Positions 30,852 to 39,804 of a stretch of 64,000 nucleotides of DNA are shown here, in pieces. The notes beneath the pieces were generated by a model. The model saw nothing but the letters and a program-made list of their open reading frames with translations, did no database searches and had not been told where the DNA came from. Each line of letters opens with the position of its first letter. Position 1 is the first letter of the stretch. Source of the stretch: an uncultured bacterium. GTDB lineage: Bacteria > Fidelibacterota > Marinisomatia > Marinisomatales > UBA1611. Where the stretch lies: contig CALSPG010000001.1 of assembly GCA_943788175.1 (NCBI GenBank), positions 1 through 64,000 of the forward strand, given 5' to 3'. Made by a program: the position numbers and the translations under genes.

Positions 30852-30980
30852 AGTAAAAGACTTTTTCTTTTCATTATCTCTCTTCTTTATAAATAACATA
30901 CAATCCAAATACTCAAACCCATCTTTATGGATTGGGTGTATGTTTTTACAGGTTGGACATAAGGTAGGTTTCTTCTTCAT
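30822..30980 (-). CDS. Small CxxC-containing protein (52 aa)
   Basis: MKKKPTLCPTCKNIHPIHKDGFEYLDC; start overlaps the upstream ORF's stop (TAATG). Confidence 0.4.
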   Translation of the reverse strand: MKKKPTLCPTCKNIHPIHKDGFEYLDCMLFIKKRDNEKKKSFTDNNGRSFFI

Positions 30981-31312
30981 TAATGAACCTCTAACATTTT
31001 AACTCTGAAATTTCCAATACCATCTAGGATAGGTTGGGAGAAGAACTCATCTCTCTTTTTCATCTTCTTAATCATACTATCTACCGTAGTTCTACTCTTA
31101 CCAATTTTGTACCCATTCTTAACTAAATACTGGTGGATTTTTGTATAACCTAATCCTTGATTATGAAGTTCCCTAACTTTGTTATGTGTCTGTATTCTAC
31201 TATCTGATAATTGTTTTGTAAGATAGGGGGTAGGATTGAATTGATGAGATGTAATTACATAATCAAAAATGAGATGTGGGGTGATATCATCACTACCTAC
31301 AGAACTTACTCC
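30980..31312 (-). CDS. HTH-like protein, paralogue of 31321-31635; no canonical start before the conserved part
   Basis: TPHLIFDY...RELHNQGLGYTKIHQYLVKNGYKIGKSRTTVDSMIKKMKKRDEFFSQPI. Confidence 0.65.
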   Translation of the reverse strand, partial: GVSSVGSDDITPHLIFDYVITSHQFNPTPYLTKQLSDSRIQTHNKVRELHNQGLGYTKIHQYLVKNGYKIGKSRTTVDSMIKKMKKRDEFFSQPILDGIGNFRVKMLEVH

Positions 31313-31327
31313 ACCACCGTGGAGTAG
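31306..31327. repeat. Back-to-back TVE*/VVE* site with palindrome TACTCCAC-CACC-GTGGAGTA
   Basis: ACC GTG GAG TAG on + strand (31316-31327); GTG GTG GAG TAA on - strand. Confidence 0.75.
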
Positions 31328-31635
31328 AGTTTAGAAGTTCAACTCCATATTTAGTTTTTCAATTTTATACCAAAACTCACCACTTAAATAATACTTACTA
31401 CAACAACCCTGTTTCAGAGGAGAGAAAAGTTATTCAAGATGAAGTCATGAGACTTTATCATGAAGGTTGGGGTTACACAAAGATACATAAACACCTAATC
31501 AAAAATGGTTTCAAGATTGGTAAAAGTAGAACCTGTGTTGATAGTATCATTAAGAATAGATTGAAGAGGGAAGAGTTCTTAAATCAACCCATCATAAAAG
31601 AATATAGAAATTTTGATATTGAGTTTGTATATTAA
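31321..31635 (+). CDS. HTH-like protein; homology extends upstream of the ATG at 31447
   Basis: TPYLVFQF...RLYHEGWGYTKIHKHLIKNGFKIGKSRTCVDSIIKNRLKREEFLNQPI. Confidence 0.65.
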   Translation, partial: GVEFRSSTPYLVFQFYTKTHHLNNTYYNNPVSEERKVIQDEVMRLYHEGWGYTKIHKHLIKNGFKIGKSRTCVDSIIKNRLKREEFLNQPIIKEYRNFDIEFVY

Positions 31636-31655
31636 TCAAGATTAAAGGAGTCAGA

Positions 31656-32210
31656 ATGAAGAAAATTTTATTTATCTCAACATTTATATTTATAGTCGGT
31701 TGTGAAAAAGAACTTAAACTCCAAGAGGTTGGTCGGAATGTATATTATTTTAACAAGGATGGTGAGTTATTTATTGTTGATGATGAATTTCAAAAAAAAG
31801 TTGACACTCAGTTTTCTGTACCAATTGTAAAAAATAAATTTACCTTGGATAAAACTATTGGCTGGGACGGATTAGTTTTGGAATCCAAAGTAGTAGTTAA
31901 ATACATAGAGGGAGATTGTCACTTTAATGTAAAATTAAGTAAAAATAAATTAACTAGTAACTTTGAGAATACGAGTACTTACAAAAGAATTATGAATGAT
32001 TCCAATACTTTAGTGTCTATTCAATTAAAAGAAGAAGATAATTTTTTAATTAAAGAAATTGAAGTATCTCACTCAAAACATCTATTAAATAGATTTGTTG
32101 ATAGTACTTCTGTAACAGGATTTAATTATGGTGGAGTAGTCTCAATTTCAGAGAATTTATTTAAAAAAGTAAAAAGTATTGATCTAATGACTGTAATTGA
32201 CGATTTATAG
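31656..32210 (+). CDS. Hypothetical lipoprotein (no Ala)
   Basis: AAGGAG RBS, IVGC lipobox, 184 aa. Confidence 0.75.
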   Translation: MKKILFISTFIFIVGCEKELKLQEVGRNVYYFNKDGELFIVDDEFQKKVDTQFSVPIVKNKFTLDKTIGWDGLVLESKVVVKYIEGDCHFNVKLSKNKLTSNFENTSTYKRIMNDSNTLVSIQLKEEDNFLIKEIEVSHSKHLLNRFVDSTSVTGFNYGGVVSISENLFKKVKSIDLMTVIDDL

Positions 32211-32251
32211 TCATTTTCCATATTTCTGGAACTTCCAAACTACACTCATCT

Positions 32252-32263
32252 ACAGTCGAATAA
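32252..32263 (+). repeat. Synonymous copy of glmS terminal codons (ACA GTC GAA TAA), likely right island boundary
   Basis: 10/12 identity to the glmS end; followed by a GTTAACTTG/CAAGTTAAC hairpin. Confidence 0.7.
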
Positions 32264-32546
32264 TTTCAACTTTGTTGGTTAACTTGTAGTCTCAGACACC
32301 AAGTTAACGTCGACAAAACCATAACTATAAAACTTACAGAAAAACACTATAATGGATTCTCATTATCTCATTATGAGGTTTTGTTTATTTTTGTTACAGT
32401 TTTTTCAAATTATTAAGCCTTTTCACAAATTTTTTCTACTATTAAACCTAATCTATAGGTAATTATTGGCCCGGCGGCCTTTCAAGCAAGAATGTTTTTC
32501 CTCAAAAAATGCTTGTTGATTACATGCGGGTTTATAAGCTTTACGC

Positions 32547-34196
32547 TTGATTTTTATGCTAAAAATAATATTAATTAGCTTATCCATTTTTTCTATCGGA
32601 TGCGAAACAAAAAAAGAGCGAAAAGAGGAGCGGGCACTTACTATTTATCAAGAAAATACCGCGTCTTGGGTTAGGAACTTTAATCCACTTTCAACATCGG
32701 GAACTGCTAGGTGGCCTACATCATGTGGAATATATGAACCTCTTTTTATTTATAATTCAATGCAGGGTGAATATATACCTTGGCTTTGCACTGACTATAA
32801 ATGGGAAGATAATAATAAGACGTTAATAATGTACGTTAGAGAAAATGTGTTGTGGTCAGATAAAACCCCTTTTTCATCGGAAGATATTGCTTTTACATTT
32901 AACTTGAAAAAGAAACATAAAGGCCTAGATACTAGAGACTCTTGGAGCTATTTAAAAAGCGTAAAAGCATTAAATAAAACAACTGTTGAGTTCAAGTTTA
33001 GTCGAATTTATGTTCCGGGTTTTGACGCAATCGTTGGGCAACCAATTGTAGCTAAACATATATGGGAAAAAATTAAAGATCCAATACGTTTTTCAAATCC
33101 AAACCCTGTTGGGACAGGACCTTTTACTGAAATTCTACGTTTTGACAATCAAGTTTGGGAGCTTGGCAAGAATCCAAACTATTGGCAACCTAATAAACCA
33201 GAAGTGAAAAAACTGAAGTTCCCTGCATTTCCAAGCAATGAACAAGTCACGCTTGCTCTAATTAGTGGAGATTTAGATTGGGCCGGAGCATTTATCCCCG
33301 CAATTGATAGAGTTTATGCAAAAAAAAACCCAGAATTTCATAAGTACTGGTTCTCCGAAACGGGGCACACAACATTTTTTTATACAAACACAATGAACAA
33401 AGTTTTAAAAGATTCAAAAATTCGGAAAGCTATTAGCTATGCAATTGATAGAAGTTTAGTCGTAAAAGTAGGTATGTATAACTACACGGAACCTGCTCAT
33501 GTAACTGGTATATCCGGTAAAATGGCAAAATGGCATCCAAAAGATATAGAAACAAAAGAAAACTGGGTTAAATATAATCCAATACTATCTAATCAGATTT
33601 TTGATGATGCGGGGTATTATAAAAATAAAAATGGTTTTCGTGAAGATAAAAATGGGGACCCATTATCCTTTGATATAATTGTTGTCTCCGGTTGGAGTGA
33701 TTGGATTAGATCTGCCCAAGTTATATCGCAGAATCTTAAAAAAGTTGGTATAAAAGCAAAAGTGAAAACATATGACTTTGGCGCCTGGATGAGCAGAATG
33801 CAAAAAGGTGAGTTTGATATGGCTATAGGTTGGGCAGAAAAGGGGACAAACCCTTTTCCTTTATATAGAGGCATGATGTCATCTAGGTATATAAAACCCA
33901 TAGGGAAAGATGCTGACGCAAATTGGCATAGGTTTTCAACTGCTGAAGTCGATTCTTTATTATTACAATTTGAAAAAACATCAGACAAATATGTGATTAA
34001 AGATATTTTACATAAACTGCAAAATATATTCATTGATTATGCTCCTGCTATACCTCTATTTGCAGAGGTGTCATGGGGAGAATGCAATACGACTTATTTT
34101 ACTAACTTCCCGAGTAAAAAAAACCCCTATGCGCCTTTGTCACCAAACTCCCAGCTAGAAAATTTAATGGTATTAGTTAATGTGAAGGTACGATGA
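32547..34196 (+). CDS. Family-5 ABC substrate-binding lipoprotein, oligosaccharide (cellobiose/chitobiose-type) subgroup
   Basis: SIGC lipobox; NFNPL, YEPLF, NPVGTGPF and GWSDW. Confidence 0.85.
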   Translation: MIFMLKIILISLSIFSIGCETKKERKEERALTIYQENTASWVRNFNPLSTSGTARWPTSCGIYEPLFIYNSMQGEYIPWLCTDYKWEDNNKTLIMYVRENVLWSDKTPFSSEDIAFTFNLKKKHKGLDTRDSWSYLKSVKALNKTTVEFKFSRIYVPGFDAIVGQPIVAKHIWEKIKDPIRFSNPNPVGTGPFTEILRFDNQVWELGKNPNYWQPNKPEVKKLKFPAFPSNEQVTLALISGDLDWAGAFIPAIDRVYAKKNPEFHKYWFSETGHTTFFYTNTMNKVLKDSKIRKAISYAIDRSLVVKVGMYNYTEPAHVTGISGKMAKWHPKDIETKENWVKYNPILSNQIFDDAGYYKNKNGFREDKNGDPLSFDIIVVSGWSDWIRSAQVISQNLKKVGIKAKVKTYDFGAWMSRMQKGEFDMAIGWAEKGTNPFPLYRGMMSSRYIKPIGKDADANWHRFSTAEVDSLLLQFEKTSDKYVIKDILHKLQNIFIDYAPAIPLFAEVSWGECNTTYFTNFPSKKNPYAPLSPNSQLENLMVLVNVKVR

Positions 34197-35179
34197 GTAA
34201 CTCTATACGATACCTTACCAGAAGGCTTGGCTTTTATTCTATTGCAGCGTGGGCAGCACTTACTCTTAATTTCTTTATACCAAGACTAATGCCTGGAGAT
34301 CCAGCTGCAATTATCTTTGCAAGATTTAGAGGGAAATTAACACCAGAGGCAATGGTTGCACTTAGAGAAACTTTTGGTCTCACAGATGGCCCGCTACTTA
34401 TACAATATTTCTCTTATATCAAAAGCATGTTTAAAGGGGACTTAGGAGTTTCTATTGCATACTTTCCAGAGCCTGTTGCTAATATTATTTCTACCGGATT
34501 ATTGTGGACAATATTTCTTGCGGGCACCTCTCTTGTTATTTCATTTATTATCGGTACTTTGCTGGGTGCAATAATTTCTTGGAAAAGAGGTGGTCGACTT
34601 GACTCTTTTCTTCCTCCATTTTTGGCTTTTATTGGTGCTTTTCCATACTTTTGGTTAGCAATGTTATCGCTATATATTTTTGGCTTTAAACTTGAGTGGT
34701 TCCCACTTCGGCATGCCTATAGTGATGATGTTACTGTTGGTCTGAATATCCCATTTATTTTTAGCTCCATTTATCATGCTATACTACCAGCAACTACAAT
34801 GGTTCTGGTAAGTCTTGGAGGGTGGATGCTCTCTATGAGAAATACGATGATTACCACGTTAGGATCTGATTATATAACTCTTGCTAGAGCAAAAGGCCTG
34901 TCATCTTGGATTGTAATGTTAAAATATGCAGCCAGAAATGCAATCCTACCAAACTTTACAGGATTTGGAATGGCGCTTGGGTTTGTGCTTAGTGGTGCCT
35001 TATTAACTGAAATTATTTTTTCTTATCCAGGACAAGGTTATTTGCTTCTACAAGCAGTAAGATCCCAAGACTTTCCTTTAATGCAAGGGCTATTCATGAC
35101 AATCACGCTCGCAGTTTTAGCTGCCAATTGGTTTGTGGATATAGCCATTTTATTTCTAGATCCAAGGACACGAAAATAA
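34193..35179 (+). CDS. ABC permease (DppB/OppB-like)
   Basis: PRLMPGDP, ARAKGL, FSYPGQG and LDPR. Confidence 0.92.
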   Translation: MSNSIRYLTRRLGFYSIAAWAALTLNFFIPRLMPGDPAAIIFARFRGKLTPEAMVALRETFGLTDGPLLIQYFSYIKSMFKGDLGVSIAYFPEPVANIISTGLLWTIFLAGTSLVISFIIGTLLGAIISWKRGGRLDSFLPPFLAFIGAFPYFWLAMLSLYIFGFKLEWFPLRHAYSDDVTVGLNIPFIFSSIYHAILPATTMVLVSLGGWMLSMRNTMITTLGSDYITLARAKGLSSWIVMLKYAARNAILPNFTGFGMALGFVLSGALLTEIIFSYPGQGYLLLQAVRSQDFPLMQGLFMTITLAVLAANWFVDIAILFLDPRTRK

Positions 35180-35180
35180 A

Positions 35181-36104
35181 ATGAATAAGAACAGTATCCT
35201 TAAACGATGGGGTAGGGGAATCATAAAAAACAAAAAAGCTTCTTTTGGTATTTACTTTGTTTCCTCACTTATTGGACTATCAATTTTTGGTCCTTTATTT
35301 ACTCTTGATCCTACTGCTTTCTTAGGTACCCCTCTTTCGCCACCTTCGCTGGAACATTTTTTTGGTACAAATGGTCAAGGACAAGATGTTCTATCTCAAA
35401 CAATCGCAGGTGCAAGACAAACTCTTCTAGTTGCATTTACGACAGGATTCTTTGTTGTTCTTGTTGGAGCATTCATTGGCGGAGCAGCTGGATATTATGG
35501 AGGTAAAATCGATGATTTTTTATCTCTAATTATTAATGTTTTTTTAGTAATGCCCGGTTTGCCTTTAATGGTAATTTTAGCTAGTTGGTTACCACCTGGC
35601 CCTTTAACGCTTGCTGGTGTCTTAATTCTAACTGGGTGGGCTTGGAATGCTCGAGTAATCCGATCTCAAATGATGTCTTTGAAAGGAAGAGATTTTGTAC
35701 TAGCTGCAATTATAAGCGGAGAGAGTAATACTCGAATTATATTTGTAGAGATTATGCCTAGAATGCTATCATTGTTAGCTTCTTCATTTATTGGAGCATC
35801 GATATACGCAATTGGAGCCCAGGTGGGACTAGAGTTTTTAGGTCTTGGTGATGTTAGTACTGTTTCATGGGGTACAAATTTATACTGGGCATCTAACGAC
35901 TTAGCTTTACTAACTGGATCTTGGTGGACATTTGTTCCTACTGGATTAAGTATAGCGCTAATAAGTTTTTCGCTTACTCTTATAAACTTTGGCATAGATG
36001 AAGTAACAAACCCTCGTTTAATTTCAGAGAGAAATTGGAAAAAACAATTACCTGATAACACACTGAACAACGGTGTAACACCAGTAGTAAGAAAAAATGG
36101 CTAA
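35181..36104 (+). CDS. ABC permease (DppC/OppC-like)
   Basis: PPSLEHFFGT, LEFLGLG and DEVTNPRL. Confidence 0.92.
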   Translation: MNKNSILKRWGRGIIKNKKASFGIYFVSSLIGLSIFGPLFTLDPTAFLGTPLSPPSLEHFFGTNGQGQDVLSQTIAGARQTLLVAFTTGFFVVLVGAFIGGAAGYYGGKIDDFLSLIINVFLVMPGLPLMVILASWLPPGPLTLAGVLILTGWAWNARVIRSQMMSLKGRDFVLAAIISGESNTRIIFVEIMPRMLSLLASSFIGASIYAIGAQVGLEFLGLGDVSTVSWGTNLYWASNDLALLTGSWWTFVPTGLSIALISFSLTLINFGIDEVTNPRLISERNWKKQLPDNTLNNGVTPVVRKNG

Positions 36105-37743
36105 AAATTTAATATCAATAAAAAATTTAGATGTTAAATACATCACAAATAAAAAGCCTATTCATGCTGTAAAAAACGTCTCTTTTGATATTAAAAAAGG
36201 TGAGATATTTGGCCTTGTGGGTGAATCTGGTTGTGGTAAAAGCACTGTTGTACAATCAATAATAAGGACATTGAATCCACCAGCAATCATAACTAATGGT
36301 TATATAAAATATGACAATAAAGATATCCTCTCATTATCTGTAAGCGAAGTAAGAAAATTAAGATGGAGTCAAATTTCAATTGTTATGCAGAGTGCACTTA
36401 ATGCTTTGAACCCTGTTCTAACAATCAAAGAACAAATAATTGATGTATTTATAACACATAAAGGAATGTCAAAATTTGAAGCAGTTGAAAAATCTAAGGT
36501 GTTATTAGAACTTGTTGATATAAATAATGATAGGTTAGAAAGCTACGCTCATGAATTGTCTGGTGGTATGAGACAGAGAGTTGTTTTAGCAATAGCCCTT
36601 GCTCTTACACCTCCATTAATTATTATGGACGAACCAACAACGGCTTTAGATGTAATTATAGAAAGAGAAATTTTACTCAAAATATTGGAACTTAGAAAAA
36701 GTCTCAACTTCACAATCTTATTTATTACTCATGACCTTAACTTACTACTTGAGTTCGCTGATAAAATAGGTGTCATGAAAGAGGGTGAGCTTATTGAGGT
36801 TGGTATAACAGAAAAAATTAAACTAGGCGGCCAAAAAGAATATACAAAAAAATTAATTTCTTCTATACCATCTGCGTCAGGTAAAAGAGGAGTAGAGTTT
36901 TTCCCAGAACCCAATCTTTCGATTAAAACTGGTGCACCAATGTTGGAAATGAAAAATATAAATAAAGAATACTTAATTGGCGGCTTTTTTAATAAAAAAA
37001 CTCTTCATGCTGTAAAAGATTTTTCTTTAAGAATATTTAAAGGTGAAATTATTGGACTAGTCGGTGAATCGGGTAGCGGTAAAAGTACAATAGCTCAGCT
37101 TATTACGAGATTAGAAACTCAAACATCGGGTTCAATTTTATTGAATGGGACTGATTTAAAAAGAAATAGATCAAAAAATGTATCTCTTGGTTATCGTAAA
37201 AAAGTTCAAATGATATTTCAAGATCCATTTGGATCCTTGAATAACATACACAATGTATACCATCACCTTTCCAGGCCTATTATTAGACATAATATTGTTC
37301 CTAAAAGAAAGTTAGAAAAATATATCTATAAACTATTAGAATCTGTTGAATTAAGCCCAGGGAAACTCTTTGCGAAAAAATTTCCACATGAAATGTCTGG
37401 TGGCGAGCGTCAGAGAGTTGCGATAGCTAGAGCGTTAAGCGTTAAGCCGGACTTAGTTATTGCCGATGAGCCAACCTCGATGCTTGATGTCTCCATACGA
37501 ATGGATATACTTAGAATATTAGCTAAATTACGTAATGAGCACAATGTTGCGATATTATTCATAACTCATGATTTAGCCTCAGCAAGATACCTGGCTGATA
37601 GAATTATTGTATTACAAAACGGTAAAAAAATTGAGCAAGGTATTTCCGAAGATTTAATACAATCTCCAAAGGAGTTATACACTAAACAATTAATTGCAGC
37701 CGCCTCACCCGGTTGGCTGAAAAATGCCATACTTGAGCAATAA
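36097..37743 (+). CDS. Fused double ABC ATPase (DppD/F-like)
   Basis: Two GESGxGKS Walker A motifs, two SGG signatures and two DEPT motifs. Confidence 0.93.
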   Translation: MAKNLISIKNLDVKYITNKKPIHAVKNVSFDIKKGEIFGLVGESGCGKSTVVQSIIRTLNPPAIITNGYIKYDNKDILSLSVSEVRKLRWSQISIVMQSALNALNPVLTIKEQIIDVFITHKGMSKFEAVEKSKVLLELVDINNDRLESYAHELSGGMRQRVVLAIALALTPPLIIMDEPTTALDVIIEREILLKILELRKSLNFTILFITHDLNLLLEFADKIGVMKEGELIEVGITEKIKLGGQKEYTKKLISSIPSASGKRGVEFFPEPNLSIKTGAPMLEMKNINKEYLIGGFFNKKTLHAVKDFSLRIFKGEIIGLVGESGSGKSTIAQLITRLETQTSGSILLNGTDLKRNRSKNVSLGYRKKVQMIFQDPFGSLNNIHNVYHHLSRPIIRHNIVPKRKLEKYIYKLLESVELSPGKLFAKKFPHEMSGGERQRVAIARALSVKPDLVIADEPTSMLDVSIRMDILRILAKLRNEHNVAILFITHDLASARYLADRIIVLQNGKKIEQGISEDLIQSPKELYTKQLIAAASPGWLKNAILEQ

Positions 37744-37746
37744 AAA

Positions 37747-37839
37747 ATGGATATGAAAAACAAATCATTTATAAAAGATTTTACTTATAGTGTCGCAACC
37801 TCCGTCTATCATGAGTGTCTACATAATATTGATGCGTGA
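37747..37839 (+). pseudogene. N-terminal remnant of a GH1 beta-glucosidase
   Basis: FIKDFTYSVATSVYH resembles the GH1 N-terminal signature FPxxFxWGxATSAYQ; directly follows the ABC operon. Confidence 0.5.
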
Positions 37840-37855
37840 GGTCAGGTTTTAAAAT

Positions 37856-38275
37856 ATGAATGAAAAAATAAAAGATGGGTTACATACTGAGTGGCATGAA
37901 AATGGAAAGAAAAAATTTGAAGGAACTTTCAAGGATGGAAAACCAGTTGGATTACTAACAAATTGGTTTGATAATGGACAAAAGAAAGAAGAAATGAATT
38001 TTAAAAATGGAAGATTAAATGGTTTAGGAACCACATGGTATAAAAACGGACAAAAAGAATTGGAAGGATATCTTAAAAACGATAAAAAAGATGGACTAAG
38101 CACTTCGTGGTATGAAAATGGAAATAAACAATTAGAAACGAACAACAAAGATGGGGAACTCGATGGACTAAGTACTATGTGGTTTGATAATGGTCAGAAA
38201 AAAGTAGAAGTAACATTTAAAAAAGGTAAAATACTTTCTGAAAAAAAATGGAACGCGGATGGATCATCCAATTAG
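37856..38275 (+). CDS. MORN-variant (YwqK-like) repeat protein
   Basis: Repeated GLxTxW(Y/F)xNGQK units. Confidence 0.8.
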   Translation: MNEKIKDGLHTEWHENGKKKFEGTFKDGKPVGLLTNWFDNGQKKEEMNFKNGRLNGLGTTWYKNGQKELEGYLKNDKKDGLSTSWYENGNKQLETNNKDGELDGLSTMWFDNGQKKVEVTFKKGKILSEKKWNADGSSN

Positions 38276-38347
38276 AACTAAATCTAAAGGTGCATATAAG
38301 ATTTTTATCTTCAATAAAAGAATTATGAAAGATCAAGCAAAAATAGA

Positions 38348-38773
38348 CTAAGTATCAGATGAATTAATTTTCCGACGATCTTTCTTCTTTAAACTATGAG
38401 CACGTTTATTCTTCAATCTTTTTTCAATACTACTTCTTTTGGGGTAGGTGGACTTCCTGTTTTTGGGCTTTTTAGATGCCTCTCTTAATAAATAAATTAA
38501 CTTATCATGTGCATTTTTACGGTTACGTATTTGTGACTTGTGTTTACTAGAAGTAATAATTAAATCACCGTTTCCTTTTAATTTTGATCCTGCCATATTT
38601 TTCAATCGCGAAAGCATATTATTGCTGATTTGTATGGACTTAATTACGTTAAAACGAAGTTGTACTTGAGTTGAAACTTTATTTACATGTTGTCCGCCTG
38701 GTCCAGAAGATCTTACAAAAGTTTCTTTAATATCACTTTTGTTAACATATAAATTATTTGATATTTTTATCAT
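38348..38773 (-). CDS. arfB: Alternative ribosome-rescue peptidyl-tRNA hydrolase
   Basis: RSSGPGGQHVNKV, SQIRNR and basic C-terminal tail. Confidence 0.93.
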   Translation of the reverse strand: MIKISNNLYVNKSDIKETFVRSSGPGGQHVNKVSTQVQLRFNVIKSIQISNNMLSRLKNMAGSKLKGNGDLIITSSKHKSQIRNRKNAHDKLIYLLREASKKPKNRKSTYPKRSSIEKRLKNKRAHSLKKKDRRKINSSDT

Positions 38774-39288
38774 ATATCCTCAATAAAAATAATTATATAA
38801 TGATTTTCTTATATTAAAATTGTAAATGAATGTATTATAAAGTATAGACAATGAAAGTTTTTTTTAGCATAAATTTTTTATCGATTATAAAATTAATTTA
38901 CGTTAATGGAATACTCTTATTTATATGCTACTAAAATACTGCTTAAGTTGTAAATGTGATTTTAATCTGAGTGTGTTTATTTTTTAATGTCTCATCAAAT
39001 TTGAGGACCCAGATGCCATTAATTGTTATTTGATGAGATTAAATGAAAAAGAAGGACAACAAACATTAAAAGAAAATTAATATATATTGAGTTGGTTTTA
39101 ATATCTATACTACTTTTATTATATGTAACAAAAAATCTAACACTGCCTATAGTGGTAATAATTTCAATATTATATTTTATATGTTTTGTTATGTGGTTTC
39201 GATTAAATAATCATAATGAAAAATAGTAATAGATTTAAGAAAGTAATAATATATTTATATTTCGAAGTAAAATAATTATTCTATTGAT

Positions 39289-39786
39289 ATGAATAAATAT
39301 AGCATAGAGAGTGCCACCAAAAGCGACATGGATTTTATTTTGAAGTTAAACCAAAATAATATGCCTGCTGTGAGCATACTTTCTAGTAATCTTTTTTTAA
39401 AGTTTTTAAATATATCAGATTACTTTAAAATCATTAAATATGATGACGAATCTGTTGGTTTTTTAATCGCATTAATTCCCAATAAACTTTATAATAGTAT
39501 TAATTATCAATGGTTTAATAACCATTACAACTCTTTTATCTACGTTGATCGAATCGTTGTTTCAAACAGTAATCAAAATAAAGGAATTGGTAGTTACTTT
39601 TATAATGACATCAAGTCAAAGTACATAAATAAAGTAAGTCATTTAGCATGCGAGGTAAATATCAAGCCATTAAATCAGCAGTCAATTAATTTTCACAAAA
39701 AGTTCGGATTCAAGGAAGTTGGCCAGCAATTTTCAGAAGAAAATAAAAAACTCGTATCGTTACAAGTATTTAAGCTTAAAAATTAA
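39289..39786 (+). CDS. GNAT family acetyltransferase
   Basis: YVDRIVV, NKGIG, CEVN and FHKKFGFKEVG. Confidence 0.85.
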   Translation: MNKYSIESATKSDMDFILKLNQNNMPAVSILSSNLFLKFLNISDYFKIIKYDDESVGFLIALIPNKLYNSINYQWFNNHYNSFIYVDRIVVSNSNQNKGIGSYFYNDIKSKYINKVSHLACEVNIKPLNQQSINFHKKFGFKEVGQQFSEENKKLVSLQVFKLKN

Positions 39787-39804
39787 TTATAATTTTTTAA
39801 GCTA

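Larger units (their letters stand above)
27146..32263. mobile_element. Genomic island / cassette array inserted at the glmS 3' end; no recombinase gene present
   Basis: Bounded by ACAGTGGAATAG (glmS end) and ACAGTCGAATAA (32252-32263); internal TVE* copies; GpC depletion; gene fragments. Confidence 0.75.

Noticed and set aside
27146-32263. Tn7 insertion at attTn7
   Set aside because: No tnsABCD genes, and I could not recognise Tn7-type ends or a 5-bp target duplication; the repeats copy the glmS coding end instead
27146-32416. Alternative genetic code explaining the lack of Ala
   Set aside because: GpC is also missing across codon boundaries and in non-coding DNA, so the effect is at the DNA level
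32468-32520. Riboswitch or tRNA fragment upstream of the ABC operon
   Set aside because: A short GC-rich patch and a weak stem only; no recognisable family features
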